Positions 18,226 through 28,216 of a stretch of DNA of 64,000 nt are shown piece after piece; positions within the stretch are counted from its first letter, which is position 1, and each line of letters begins with the position of its first letter. The stretch comes from Christensenellales bacterium (GTDB lineage: Bacteria > Bacillota > Clostridia > Christensenellales > CAG-138), in assembly GCA_040767925.1 (NCBI GenBank), contig JAXGNN010000001.1:1088921-1152920 (forward strand), written 5' to 3'. The notes below the pieces were generated by a model. It was not told the origin of the DNA. It did no database searches and saw only the letters and a list, made by a program, of their open reading frames with translations. The position numbers and the translations under genes are program-made.

Positions 18226-18477
18226 CGCAACGCTCCTGATGATCGGATCGTGCCTGCAGGCCGTAACGGAAGACTTTCATCCCCGCCTCGTATTGAGTCC
18301 GATAATTCGTAATACAACTTATTCCCAATTATAAAATATCACAGTCGTTGGGGCCCGTCAATACGCTTTTTTGCAGCAAATGGATACGCGAGATTTTTTG
18401 ACGAATTAACCGGTTCAAGTTTCGCAGTATAAACCACGTCGCATCGCCGGAAAGTCAGCACAAAATGGAAGACGTCC

Positions 18478-18506
18478 TTGACGCTTCGGCACGCGTATGG
18501 TATATT
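18478..18506 (+). promoter_or_regulatory. promoter candidate for the deacetylase operon
   Basis: TTGACG 18478-18483, 17-nt spacer, TATATT 18501-18506. It is followed by TGTATTGGTATTACAAG at 18510-18526. Confidence 0.4.
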
Positions 18507-18564
18507 TTCTGTATTGGTATTACAAGTAGATAATCATTGAAAACAATCATGCGAGGGGAAATCG

Positions 18565-19407
18565 ATGAGCATTATATGGCCCAACGGCGGCACGACCGCC
18601 TTTGCCTTCGGATTCGATCTGGACGGCGACACGATTTGGGAAAACAAGACCCGGCGCCTGCCCAACGGTGACCGGTACATCAAGGGCCGCTCCATCGGCC
18701 TGTACGGGCCGAACAAGGGTGCGTTGCGCGTGCTGGAGATCCTTGATGAGTTCAACATGAAGGCGACCTGGTTCATCCCGGCCGACATCGTCGAGGAGCA
18801 CGCGGGACTCGTGAACCTCATTCTGAAGGCGGGCCACGAAATCGCGCACCACGGCTGGGACCATCGCGAGGATTACGGCGCCACGTTCGAGGAGCAGATG
18901 GCTTACCTCGAGGGCTGCCAACAGATTTTTGAGCGCAATACCGGCGTGCGCGCCGTCGGCTTCCGCCCGTGCGGGCCCCTGCTGCCCCGGACCGAGGAGT
19001 GGCTCTATACGAAAGGCGGCGGCATCTACAACAGCTCCGACCTAATAGGGGACGACTGCGCGTATTACACCGTAAACGGCACCAAGACGCGCGCCGTCAC
19101 CATCCCCTGCCGCGCGGAGATGGACGACTACATACTCACGGTTTTCAACTCCTATCCGCCCGTGCTCGCGGGGATGCCCCGCATCGCCCCGTATACGCAC
19201 ACGCTCAGGAACTTCATCCGCGAGGTCGAGGGGGCCGTGCGCTTCGGCAACACGGTGAGCACCGCGTTCCATCCCCAGGTTGCGGGTTCGCCGGGCCGGG
19301 CGCTGATGCTCCGGAATTTCTGCGAATACCTCGCGTCCAACCCCCGGGTATGGGTGGCTACCTGCGAGGAGATCGCCATGCACTACAGAGCGACTGTGGA
19401 GGGTTGA
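18565..19407 (+). CDS. polysaccharide deacetylase (NodB homology) family protein
   Basis: 280 aa. NodB motifs FGFDLDGD and GHEIAHHGWDH. Confidence 0.8.
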   Translation: MSIIWPNGGTTAFAFGFDLDGDTIWENKTRRLPNGDRYIKGRSIGLYGPNKGALRVLEILDEFNMKATWFIPADIVEEHAGLVNLILKAGHEIAHHGWDHREDYGATFEEQMAYLEGCQQIFERNTGVRAVGFRPCGPLLPRTEEWLYTKGGGIYNSSDLIGDDCAYYTVNGTKTRAVTIPCRAEMDDYILTVFNSYPPVLAGMPRIAPYTHTLRNFIREVEGAVRFGNTVSTAFHPQVAGSPGRALMLRNFCEYLASNPRVWVATCEEIAMHYRATVEG

Positions 19408-19410
19408 GAA

Positions 19411-20250
19411 ATGTATATCGAGAAATTCAAATGGCCGGAAGGGAAAACATGCGCCGCGATGCTCAGCGTGAACCTGGACGCGGAATACTTCGGCCGCATC
19501 TACTATCCCGACGCCGACGTGGATCAGGGTCCCTTCAAGCTGATGGGGAGCCTCGGAATCAAGTATGGCCTGCCCCGGCTCCTGGACGTGTTCGACGCCT
19601 ACGGCGTGAAGGCCACTTTCTTCATCCCCGGCGCGGTCGCCAGGCGTTACCCTGAGGATGTGAAAAGCATCGCCGCCCGCGGCCACGAAATCGGCTGCCA
19701 CGGCAACGAGCACGAGAACCTCGCCCTGCTCGCCGCTGCTCAGCAGCGCGAGGCCCTCATGGAGGCTAAGCGGATCCTCACGGAGATCAGCGGCGCAACG
19801 CCCGTCGGCTTCCGCATGCCCGAGGGCGAGATCACCGAGGAAACCCTTTGCATCGTAAAATCCCTCGGCTTCGCCTATTCGAGCTCCCTCAACGACGACG
19901 ACGTGCCCTACGTGCGCCAGCCCGCCGGGCTGCTCGAGCTGCCGCTCAACTGGGGCCTGTACGATTTGCCCTATTTCGTGTTCAACTTCGATCCGCCGGT
20001 GCCCTATGGCCAATCGCGCGTCGCCTGCATCGACAAGGTTCTGGAAAACTGGAAGATCGAGCTCGAGGCCGCGCACAGATGGGGCACGCTGTATACGCTG
20101 CAGCTTGACCCGCAGGCAACGGGCGAGCAGGGAAAGCTCTTCATGCTCGAGGAACTGCTCGACGAGGTGAAGGCCAAGGGAGACATATGGATCGCGACCG
20201 GCAGGGAGATCGCGGAATACTGCGCCGAAAGCGCCTTTCACACCGCGTAA
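19411..20250 (+). CDS. polysaccharide deacetylase (NodB homology) family protein, paralogue
   Basis: 279 aa. LSVNLDAE, ATFFIPG and GHEIGCHGNEHE motifs. Confidence 0.8.
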   Translation: MYIEKFKWPEGKTCAAMLSVNLDAEYFGRIYYPDADVDQGPFKLMGSLGIKYGLPRLLDVFDAYGVKATFFIPGAVARRYPEDVKSIAARGHEIGCHGNEHENLALLAAAQQREALMEAKRILTEISGATPVGFRMPEGEITEETLCIVKSLGFAYSSSLNDDDVPYVRQPAGLLELPLNWGLYDLPYFVFNFDPPVPYGQSRVACIDKVLENWKIELEAAHRWGTLYTLQLDPQATGEQGKLFMLEELLDEVKAKGDIWIATGREIAEYCAESAFHTA

Positions 20251-20350
20251 GCCGCGCGCACGGGCAGAGCGGTTTCTTCCATACGGCGGACGCGCCCGCA
20301 AGTTCATGCGGTTGCTTGCCAATCAAGCCGCAAATACATGATACGAGGAG

Positions 20351-21679
20351 TTGCCAACCATGACCGAAGCCACCTTGAACACCTTTGCCGAAGCGTACGT
20401 TAACCTCGCGCTGTGCAAGACGAGATATGACCTTTGGGATATCTACTGGTATGCCGAAGGCCCGTTCTGGAGAAGGACGTCGATGCGCTTCAGCAGGGAC
20501 TATAAGATCATACCGGATTACGAGATCGCGGACCGCAAGCACGGCAAGACGCTGGAGGATATCCGAGACGAATCGCGCCACCTGCTGGCCTGCCTGGGGC
20601 TTTATAAAAAAACGGCCGAAGCCGCGGAGATGCAGCGCGTGGATTACCTCATCGATCACGTGAACCACCTCAACGTCCGCACGCGCATGATGCTCGGAGA
20701 GGCGTTCTCCTTCGACGAAATGACCAGGGAACTGTACTGCCTCGTCGCGCCTGAATACGATTACGGCAGATTCGACGACGCCGTGCGGGAAATGGGGCAG
20801 GCCCTGCCGGGCGGCGGCTCGCATACGCAGAAAATCCAGGCGTTCCTCAACAGGGTGCGCATCCCGCGCGAAACCCTATTGGCGACGATCACCGACACGA
20901 CTAAGGCGTTCCACGACATGACGCTCAAGCGCATGCCCGAGGTGCCGCCCTATAGTCTGCTCCGCACCCGCGTCAGGGACCTGCCGGACAATATGGCATT
21001 TTTATCGATTCTCTTCGGGTACGACTACGAGCGTGTCGAATATGAGCGCAACTACAACCTCAGCTATGACTGGACAGTCGACAAGATCGTCGAGTGCGTC
21101 GGCCACGAATGCGAGCCGGGGCACGTCACTCATTTCCTCAAGCGCACTCAGACCTTGGTCGATACCTGCTGGCCCGAGATGGCGATCATTTCCCAGTATT
21201 CCTCTTCCTCAGCCTATTGGGAGGGCGCGGCGCGCTGCTCCGTATATATGTGCTTCGACAACAACGTCGAAGAACTTGCGAATTTCGAGCGCGACGTGGT
21301 ATTCGCCGCAGCGAAGCTCGACCGTGGTCTCGCGGAGCTTATGCCGCTCTGGCACAAATTCTGCGACGCGGCCGGTTATGCCAAGCTTGAGGCAAGCCGC
21401 AAGGTTTGGGACGGCAAATGGAGCGAACAGCAGGCGGGCGATTTCCTTGAGCGATATATGTTTGCCGAGCCTGGCGCGGGACTCGCCATGGCGAAGTCCT
21501 TCGCGAATATGGACAGCGGCCACTTTGTAGCCCACGACTATGCGCGCGACGTGGTAAAGGAATACTACAGGCATATGGCTCCCGGGATTAGCGATCAGTG
21601 GCGCCTGTACAGCAAGCTGTGCAACGCCCATATGTCCATGGAAGGCATCAGGGACAAAACCTACCGCGTCGAATTCTGA
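20351..21679 (+). CDS. hypothetical protein with DUF885-like HExxPGH metallopeptidase-type motif
   Basis: 442 aa ORF with coding-like composition. The motif GHECEPGHVTHF resembles the DUF885 HExxPGH signature. The function is not established. Confidence 0.4.
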   Translation: MPTMTEATLNTFAEAYVNLALCKTRYDLWDIYWYAEGPFWRRTSMRFSRDYKIIPDYEIADRKHGKTLEDIRDESRHLLACLGLYKKTAEAAEMQRVDYLIDHVNHLNVRTRMMLGEAFSFDEMTRELYCLVAPEYDYGRFDDAVREMGQALPGGGSHTQKIQAFLNRVRIPRETLLATITDTTKAFHDMTLKRMPEVPPYSLLRTRVRDLPDNMAFLSILFGYDYERVEYERNYNLSYDWTVDKIVECVGHECEPGHVTHFLKRTQTLVDTCWPEMAIISQYSSSSAYWEGAARCSVYMCFDNNVEELANFERDVVFAAAKLDRGLAELMPLWHKFCDAAGYAKLEASRKVWDGKWSEQQAGDFLERYMFAEPGAGLAMAKSFANMDSGHFVAHDYARDVVKEYYRHMAPGISDQWRLYSKLCNAHMSMEGIRDKTYRVEF

Positions 21680-21719
21680 GCTTCGCCCACCCGTCCCCTA
21701 TCCCATTCAGCCAAGGATC

Positions 21720-21754
21720 AACGAGGCGCTGGCCGGTACGGCAAGCGCCTCGTT
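21720..21754. terminator. 10-bp hairpin between convergent genes
   Basis: AACGAGGCGC (21720-21729) pairs with GCGCCTCGTT (21745-21754). Confidence 0.4.
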
Positions 21755-21781
21755 CGTGCAACCGCCGAGCGGGCGCGGCGG

Positions 21782-22549
21782 TTATACGAGCATCCGCTTG
21801 CCGCCGTTGGGCGCGAGGATCTGGCCCGTCACGAAAGAGGCGGCGTCCGAGAGCAGGTACATCGTCGCGTTCGCGATGTCGTCGGTCGTGGCGATCCGCT
21901 TGAGCGGCGTGGCGGCGATCTCCTCCTCGATCTGCTCGGGGGTGTCGCAGGCGCGCATCGCCGGGGTGTCGGTCGTCGGCACGGGGATCACGTTGCATGT
22001 GATGTTATAGGGGGCGCCTTCCTTGGCGATGGAAGTCGTAAAGCCGATGACGCCGGCCTTGGCGGAAGCGTACGCCGCGCACCAGTCCCCCCCGCCGATG
22101 GCGTAGCCGGTGCTGATGTTGACGATCCTGCCATACCGCTGCTTCATCATGTGGGGGAAGCAGGCGCGTGTCACATAGAACTGGCTGTACAAGTTGAACC
22201 GGATCATATAGTCCCAATCCTCGTCGGAAAGGTCATAGAACTCCCGGGAGGGCGCGCCGCCGCCGGCGTTGTTGACCAGCAGGTCGACGCGGCCGAAGCA
22301 GTCGAGCGTATATCGTATCAGCGCGTCCACCTGCTTCGAGTCCATCACGTCGCAGCGGAAGTATTCGGCGGCGCCGCCCGCGTCCTCGATCCGCTTCTTG
22401 ACGTCGCAGCCGTTTTTTTCGGTCCGGCAGCAAAGCATGACCTTCGCGCCGTACTCCGCGAGCTTGATGGCGATATCCATGCCGATGCCGCTGCCGCTGC
22501 CGGTCACGATCGCGACCCTGCCGCCGAGTTTCAAAAAATCCTTCGTCAT
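21782..22549 (-). CDS. SDR family oxidoreductase
   Basis: 255 aa. TGSGSGIG cofactor motif, NNAG, and YxxxK (YASAK). Confidence 0.85.
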   Translation of the reverse strand: MTKDFLKLGGRVAIVTGSGSGIGMDIAIKLAEYGAKVMLCCRTEKNGCDVKKRIEDAGGAAEYFRCDVMDSKQVDALIRYTLDCFGRVDLLVNNAGGGAPSREFYDLSDEDWDYMIRFNLYSQFYVTRACFPHMMKQRYGRIVNISTGYAIGGGDWCAAYASAKAGVIGFTTSIAKEGAPYNITCNVIPVPTTDTPAMRACDTPEQIEEEIAATPLKRIATTDDIANATMYLLSDAASFVTGQILAPNGGKRMLV

Positions 22550-22569
22550 AAAAAATCCTCCGCTGGATG

Positions 22570-23283
22570 TTATTGCGCAGCTCTTGCTTTCTTCTTGCCC
22601 AGGTACGCGTCGATCACCGCCTGATCCCGCGCCAGCTCGTCCCCGGTGCCGGTTTTTACGATGCGGCCGAGCTCCATCACGCTCGCCGAATGGGCGATGG
22701 CGAGCGCCTTGCGCGCGTTTTGTTCCACCAGCAGCACGGAGACGCCCATGCCGTTGATGTCGTCTATGATGGCCATCACGTCGTTGACGATCAGCGGCGC
22801 GAGCCCCAGGGACGGTTCGTCCAGCAAAAGCACCTTCGGGTCCGACATCAGGCCGCGCGCGATCGCCAGCATCTGCTGCTCTCCGCCGGAAAGTGTGCCC
22901 GCGCGCTGGTTGCGCCGCTCCTTCAGGCGCGGGAACATCTCGAACGAGCGCAGGAGCCCCGGCTTGCGGTCCCTCACCAGGTAGCCGCCCATGAGCAGGT
23001 TCTCCTCCACCGACAGGTTCGGAAAAATGCGCCTGCCCTCCGGCACGAGGGAAACGCCCATTCCCACCACGATGTGGGTTTGAGAGGGGATCGGCGCGCC
23101 GTTTAGGCGGATCGCGCCTTTCTGCGTCGGCAGGATGCCGGCGATGCAGCGCAGCAGCGTCGATTTGCCGGCGCCGTTCGCGCCGATGACGGCGTGGATC
23201 TCGCCGTCCTTCAACTCCAGGTCGATCCCCCTGAGCGCCTGTATTTTGCCGTATGAGAACTGCAAATCCTCAATTTTCAGCAT
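22570..23283 (-). CDS. livF: branched-chain amino acid-type ABC transporter ATP-binding protein
   Basis: 237 aa. Walker A GANGAGKST, signature LSGGEQQM. Confidence 0.85.
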   Translation of the reverse strand: MLKIEDLQFSYGKIQALRGIDLELKDGEIHAVIGANGAGKSTLLRCIAGILPTQKGAIRLNGAPIPSQTHIVVGMGVSLVPEGRRIFPNLSVEENLLMGGYLVRDRKPGLLRSFEMFPRLKERRNQRAGTLSGGEQQMLAIARGLMSDPKVLLLDEPSLGLAPLIVNDVMAIIDDINGMGVSVLLVEQNARKALAIAHSASVMELGRIVKTGTGDELARDQAVIDAYLGKKKARAAQ

Positions 23284-24059
23284 GTTTCTTCCACCCCCAG
23301 ATAAGCGTCGATGACGGCCTGGTTGGTCTGGATTTCATCGGTCGTGCCCGTCGCGAGCAACTGGCCGAAATTCAAAACCGAGATGCGCTCGCAGACGTTC
23401 ATGATGACTTCCATATGATGGTCGATGATCACGATCGTCAAACCGTACTCGTCCCGGATGTCCCGGATGATTTCCATGAGCGCGGCGGACTCCTCCTCGT
23501 TCATGCCGGCGGAAGGTTCGTCGAGCAGCAGCACCTTGGGCCTTGTCGCGAGCGCGCGCACGATTTCAAGGCGGCGCTGCAAGCCGTAGGGCAGGTTGTG
23601 GGCGAGCTGGTCCTTCGCCTCCAGCAGGCCTATGCTCTCGAGCAGCTTCAGGCAGAACTCGCCCGCCGCTTTTTCCTGCTCGCGGTATTTCTTCGTTTTG
23701 AAAATGCCGCCCGCAAACGTATAATTCAGGTTTTGCTGGCAGGACGTCAGCACGTTCTGATAGATGCTCAGGTCGTTGAAAAGGCGGATGTTCTGGAACG
23801 TGCGCGCGATGCCCAGATTGGCGATCTCATGCGTCGGCTTGCCCGCGATGGACCTGCCGAACAGCTTGATATCGCCGGAGGAGGGCACGTAGACGCCGGT
23901 GATCATGTTGAACATCGTGGTTTTTCCCGCCCCGTTCGGACCGATGACGCCGTAGATCCGGCCCGCCTCGATCTGTATGCTGATATCGTCGGCCGCCACG
24001 ATGCCGCTGAAATTCTTTGTCAGATTGATTAGTTCCAACGCATATGCGCTCGCGCTCAT
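23277..24059 (-). CDS. livG: branched-chain amino acid-type ABC transporter ATP-binding protein
   Basis: 260 aa. Walker A GPNGAGKTT, LivG-type insert, LPYGLQRRLE. Confidence 0.85.
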   Translation of the reverse strand: MSASAYALELINLTKNFSGIVAADDISIQIEAGRIYGVIGPNGAGKTTMFNMITGVYVPSSGDIKLFGRSIAGKPTHEIANLGIARTFQNIRLFNDLSIYQNVLTSCQQNLNYTFAGGIFKTKKYREQEKAAGEFCLKLLESIGLLEAKDQLAHNLPYGLQRRLEIVRALATRPKVLLLDEPSAGMNEEESAALMEIIRDIRDEYGLTIVIIDHHMEVIMNVCERISVLNFGQLLATGTTDEIQTNQAVIDAYLGVEETC

Positions 24060-24125
24060 GTTCGTCTTCGCCCTTGCCCTTCCATTGAAATGAAAGCCTG
24101 AAAGTCAGCCGCTTATGGCACGGTT

Positions 24126-25049
24126 TTACCGGCTCCGCCTTCCGCCTTCCCTCCCGCCGCCGAACAGCCTGTTCAAGAGGCGTTTCACGGCCAATGCGCC
24201 GTTCTTGATATCCCGCCGGGTCAATTCCCGCGTGCCCATCAGCCCGGAAGGGCGGAACAATATGACCAGCACGACCAGCACGCCGTAGAGGACCATGCGC
24301 CATTCCTGCGCGAAACCGAAGCGCAGATATTCTGGCAGGGGCACGAGCAGGAGCGTCGCCAGGATCGTGCCGGTCAGGCTCCCCCGCCCTCCCAGGATGA
24401 CGGTGATGATGAGCTCGTCCGATTTGACATACGTGAACATGTTGGGCTGCAGGTAATGCATGTAATGCGCCAGAAGGCCGCCCGCAAGGCCGCACAGCGC
24501 GCAACTGATCGTCATGGCCAGCTTTTTATGTTGGAACGCGCTGATCCCCACGGAAGTGGCGGCCAGCTCGTTTTCCCGGATGGCCACGCAGTTGCGCCCG
24601 TGCTTCGTCTTTAAAAACGCCGTAATGAACACCACGACCAAAACCACGAGGCCGCACACGATCCACAGCTGCCACTTCACAGGCAGCGGCTCGATGCCGG
24701 TGAGGCCGCGGGCGCCGCCCGTCACATTGGGCAGGTTCTGGATGATGAGCTTGATGGCCTCGCCGATGCCCAGCGTCGCGATGATGAAATAGTCGTCCCG
24801 CAGGCGCAGCGTAGGATAGCTCAGCAGCATGCCCACGAAGCCGGACGCGACGGTGCCCCCGATCAGGCCGACGGCGATGGGCACATGAAGATGCATCACC
24901 AGCAGCGCCGAAACATATCCGCCGATGGCCATAAAGCCGGCATGCCCCATGGAAAACAGGCCCGTGAAGCCGCACAGCACGGACACGCCCAGGATCGCGA
25001 TCATATAGATGCCGGTCAGCGTCGCAACGCCACTCCAATACGATAGCAC
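24126..25049 (-). CDS. livM: branched-chain amino acid-type ABC transporter permease
   Basis: 307 aa polytopic membrane protein with a LivM-like pattern. Confidence 0.8.
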   Translation of the reverse strand: MLSYWSGVATLTGIYMIAILGVSVLCGFTGLFSMGHAGFMAIGGYVSALLVMHLHVPIAVGLIGGTVASGFVGMLLSYPTLRLRDDYFIIATLGIGEAIKLIIQNLPNVTGGARGLTGIEPLPVKWQLWIVCGLVVLVVVFITAFLKTKHGRNCVAIRENELAATSVGISAFQHKKLAMTISCALCGLAGGLLAHYMHYLQPNMFTYVKSDELIITVILGGRGSLTGTILATLLLVPLPEYLRFGFAQEWRMVLYGVLVVLVILFRPSGLMGTRELTRRDIKNGALAVKRLLNRLFGGGREGGRRSR

Positions 25050-25062
25050 TTACGGCACCCCC

Positions 25063-25938
25063 CTACGCTTTGTCTTCGCTCGACTTGCCGAGCAAGCCGG
25101 ACGGTTTTATCAGGAGCATGATGATGAGAAACAGATAGGAAAACAAATCCCTGTACGAGGTGGAGACGTAAGCCGAAACCATCGACTCGGACACCCCCAG
25201 GAGCAGCGCGCCGAGCACCGCGCCGGGCAGGCTGCCCAAGCCGCCCACGACGGATGCGATGAACGCCTTCGTCGTGTAGAAGCCGCCCAGGGTCGGATAC
25301 GTCGTATACTTGGAGCCGAGCATGGCGCCCGCGATGCCCGCCAGAGCGCCGGCAATGATGAACACATACAGGATCAGCTTCAAGGAGTTCACGCCCATGA
25401 TGGACGCGGTTTCCAAATCGAAGGACGCGGCGCGAATCGCAAGGCCCAGGCGGGTTTTACGGATAATCAGCTCAACGAGCGCCAGCGCCACGACGCTGAT
25501 CGCGAAAATCATGATATCGATCGTGCCGATGTTGCGGCCGAACAGCGAGATGGTGTCCGCGGCGAAGTTCACGGGAAAAACGCGCAGCTTGCCCGTAAAC
25601 GCGATGACGGTGAGGTTTTCGCCCAGCACCGAAATGCCGAGCCCCACGATCATAAAATAGGTTCTCCGCGCTTTTTTTTGCAGGAGCGGGCGATACGCAA
25701 ACGTTTCGATCACCATGCCCAGCGCGATCGCGCCCAATATGCCGGCGACGATGCCCATATAGATGTTTTCCATCACAAGGGTCAGGAGCCAGAAAACGCC
25801 GTACGCACCGATCGTGACGGCGATGCTGTGCGCGAAGTTCGTGAAGTTCAACACGCTGTAGATCAATGCGTAGCCGACGGCGATCAGCGCGTACACGCTG
25901 CCGACAGACAAACCGTTTATAAGCTGCTGCAAAAACAA
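25063..25938 (-). CDS. livH: branched-chain amino acid-type ABC transporter permease
   Basis: 291 aa. N-terminus MFLQQLINGLSVGSVYALIAVGYALIY is typical of LivH. Confidence 0.85.
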   Translation of the reverse strand: MFLQQLINGLSVGSVYALIAVGYALIYSVLNFTNFAHSIAVTIGAYGVFWLLTLVMENIYMGIVAGILGAIALGMVIETFAYRPLLQKKARRTYFMIVGLGISVLGENLTVIAFTGKLRVFPVNFAADTISLFGRNIGTIDIMIFAISVVALALVELIIRKTRLGLAIRAASFDLETASIMGVNSLKLILYVFIIAGALAGIAGAMLGSKYTTYPTLGGFYTTKAFIASVVGGLGSLPGAVLGALLLGVSESMVSAYVSTSYRDLFSYLFLIIMLLIKPSGLLGKSSEDKA

Positions 25939-26080
25939 TGTCGTTGCCTCCTTGCGATTTGAAACCGGCCGGCTCCGCCTGAAGCGTTGCCCCGCCCGCT
26001 TTCATCGTCTTCCCCGGGCTTGACTTTGGAGGGGAGCCTCCTCCCGGACAGGGAGGAGGCTTCGTCACGCGCGTTTCACT

Positions 26081-27271
26081 TTATTCCTTGGGCATGAACA
26101 GGTCGACCTGGACGTAATCCTGGTTTTCGATGTGGTAGATCGGAACCTCGCGCAGGGTCTTGTGCGTTTCGGCCACCATGGTGATGTTGCCGGTGACGCC
26201 GGAGATCGTGCCGAGCTTCTCAAGCCCGCTGCGGATCGACTCCGCGTCGGCGGCGCCCTGCGCCTTGATCGCCGCGAAGATCATCTCGATCGCGTCGTTG
26301 GCGAGGAATGCATCGGCCGCCGCGTTCTCGGTGGGGTCCCAATCCCACGCGTCGATGTAGCGCTGCACGAAAGCGGCGCTGTTCTCGTTATGGATGTCGA
26401 CCGACGTGGGGAAATACAGGCCCTCGCAGTTCACGCCGGCCAGCGTGAAGATATCGGGCGCCATCGCGCCGTCGGAAGTCACGACTTCATAGTCCATGCC
26501 CAGCTCCGCCATCTGGTTGCAGATCAGCCCGATCTCCTTATAGTAGCCGGAGGCGATATAGACCGCGTCGAACTGGCCTTCGTATTCCTTGATCTTGGTA
26601 AGCACCGAGCGGAAATCCACGTCGCCGTTGTTGAACGCTTCCTCGGCCACAATCGCGCCGCCGGCCGCCTCGAACGCCTTGGTGAACTCCTGCCGGATCC
26701 CCATGGAATAGTCCTGGCCGATGTTGTAGATGATCGCCATCGTCTTGAAGCCCAGCACGGAAACCGCGTACTGCGCCATGACCTCGCCCAGCTGCGGGTC
26801 GTTCAAGCCGCTGCGGAAGGAATACGGGCGGGTCGCGCCGTCTTCGGTGATGGTGATCTTGAGGTTCGAGGCGCAGGTCGCCACGAACGGGACGCCCAGC
26901 TCCTCGCAGACCTCAGCAAGCGCCAGGGTCGTCGTGGAGGATTCCGTGCCCACGAAGGCCACCACGCCGTCCTGCTGGATCGCCTTGCGGGCCGCGTTGG
27001 TGGTTTCCACCGCGTCGTCGCGCGTATCGTAACGGATGATCTCGATCTTTTTGCCCAGAAGGCCTCCGCTCTCGTTGATCTCGTTCGCGCGCATCTCGCA
27101 GGTTTCGGCGAGGATCTGCCCCCAAAGGGTGTTTTCTCCGGTGAGCGGAGCGATCGCGCCAATGCGGATCGTGTCCGATTTGCCCGCGGCCGGGGAGCCG
27201 CATGCAAAGAAGCAGCCGGCAGCGAGTGCCACAACCAGAAATAGTCCAACTGTTCTGACGAGCTTCTTCAT
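26081..27271 (-). CDS. ABC transporter substrate-binding lipoprotein, LivJ/LivK (family 4) type
   Basis: 396 aa. Lipobox FFACGS. Periplasmic-binding-protein type I pattern. Confidence 0.85.
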   Translation of the reverse strand: MKKLVRTVGLFLVVALAAGCFFACGSPAAGKSDTIRIGAIAPLTGENTLWGQILAETCEMRANEINESGGLLGKKIEIIRYDTRDDAVETTNAARKAIQQDGVVAFVGTESSTTTLALAEVCEELGVPFVATCASNLKITITEDGATRPYSFRSGLNDPQLGEVMAQYAVSVLGFKTMAIIYNIGQDYSMGIRQEFTKAFEAAGGAIVAEEAFNNGDVDFRSVLTKIKEYEGQFDAVYIASGYYKEIGLICNQMAELGMDYEVVTSDGAMAPDIFTLAGVNCEGLYFPTSVDIHNENSAAFVQRYIDAWDWDPTENAAADAFLANDAIEMIFAAIKAQGAADAESIRSGLEKLGTISGVTGNITMVAETHKTLREVPIYHIENQDYVQVDLFMPKE

Positions 27272-27355
27272 TTTCGCTTGTTCCTTCCTGTTATTTTATT
27301 TTGCGTTGATTGGGTGCGGTTTCAGCCTGCGTGGCGCGCTGCCGGCTCCGCCGGA

Positions 27356-28135
27356 TCAATATGTCCAGGAGCCGCCGCACGGGCAGACCACATGCCCGGT
27401 GATATAATCCGCGGCTTCGCTGCAGAGGAACGCGGCCGCCGCCGCCTGATCGTAGGGCAGGCCGACGCGGTACCACCTGAGGTTGCGCAACTCGTCCTCC
27501 ATGCTGCGGCCCTCGAAGTGCAGCGCCTCGGTATCGGTGGGGCCGACCGCGAGCGCGTTCACGTTGATACGGTAGGGCATGAGCTCCGAGGCGAGGTCGT
27601 ACGCGAGTCCGATCATCCCGCCCTTGGAAGCGGCATAATGCGGATCGCTGAAATCGTCCCCCAGCGCGGAGCCGGAACTGATCATAAGGATCTTACCCTT
27701 CTTTTTCCGGGTCATATAGGGCAGGCACTCGTTCGTGACATAATACGTGCCCGTGAGGTTGACGTGCACCACGCGGTCCCACTCCTCATAGCTCATTTTA
27801 TCGAAGGTCGTGCCGCCGCCGAAGGCGGCCGCGTTGTTCACGAGGATGTCGATGTCGCCGAACGCCTCGATTGTCTTGGCAACGAGGTTCTTCACGTCCT
27901 TCAGAACGCCGATGTCGCACTTGACCGCGATAGCCCGGCCGCCGTTGTCCACTATTTTTTTCGCAACCGCCTCGACCTTATCGAGCCTCCTGCCGCACAG
28001 TACTATATTCGCGCCCAGATCGCCGAACAAGGTGGCAATACCCTCGCCGATACCCGAGCCGCTGCCTGTCACGACGGCCGTCTTCCCCTCAAACCCGAAA
28101 TACCTGTTCATCGCGTCAACGGTAACCTGTCTCAT
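27356..28135 (-). CDS. SDR family oxidoreductase (tandem paralogue A)
   Basis: 259 aa. TGSGSGIG, NNAA, HYAASK. Confidence 0.85.
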   Translation of the reverse strand: MRQVTVDAMNRYFGFEGKTAVVTGSGSGIGEGIATLFGDLGANIVLCGRRLDKVEAVAKKIVDNGGRAIAVKCDIGVLKDVKNLVAKTIEAFGDIDILVNNAAAFGGGTTFDKMSYEEWDRVVHVNLTGTYYVTNECLPYMTRKKKGKILMISSGSALGDDFSDPHYAASKGGMIGLAYDLASELMPYRINVNALAVGPTDTEALHFEGRSMEDELRNLRWYRVGLPYDQAAAAAFLCSEAADYITGHVVCPCGGSWTY

Positions 28136-28216
28136 CGCTTTTTCTCCTGTTCGTTCATTTGATCGATCATCGGTGCGGCTGTCCCGCTACTCGCACGCCG
28201 GCAAAGGGGTGCGCGC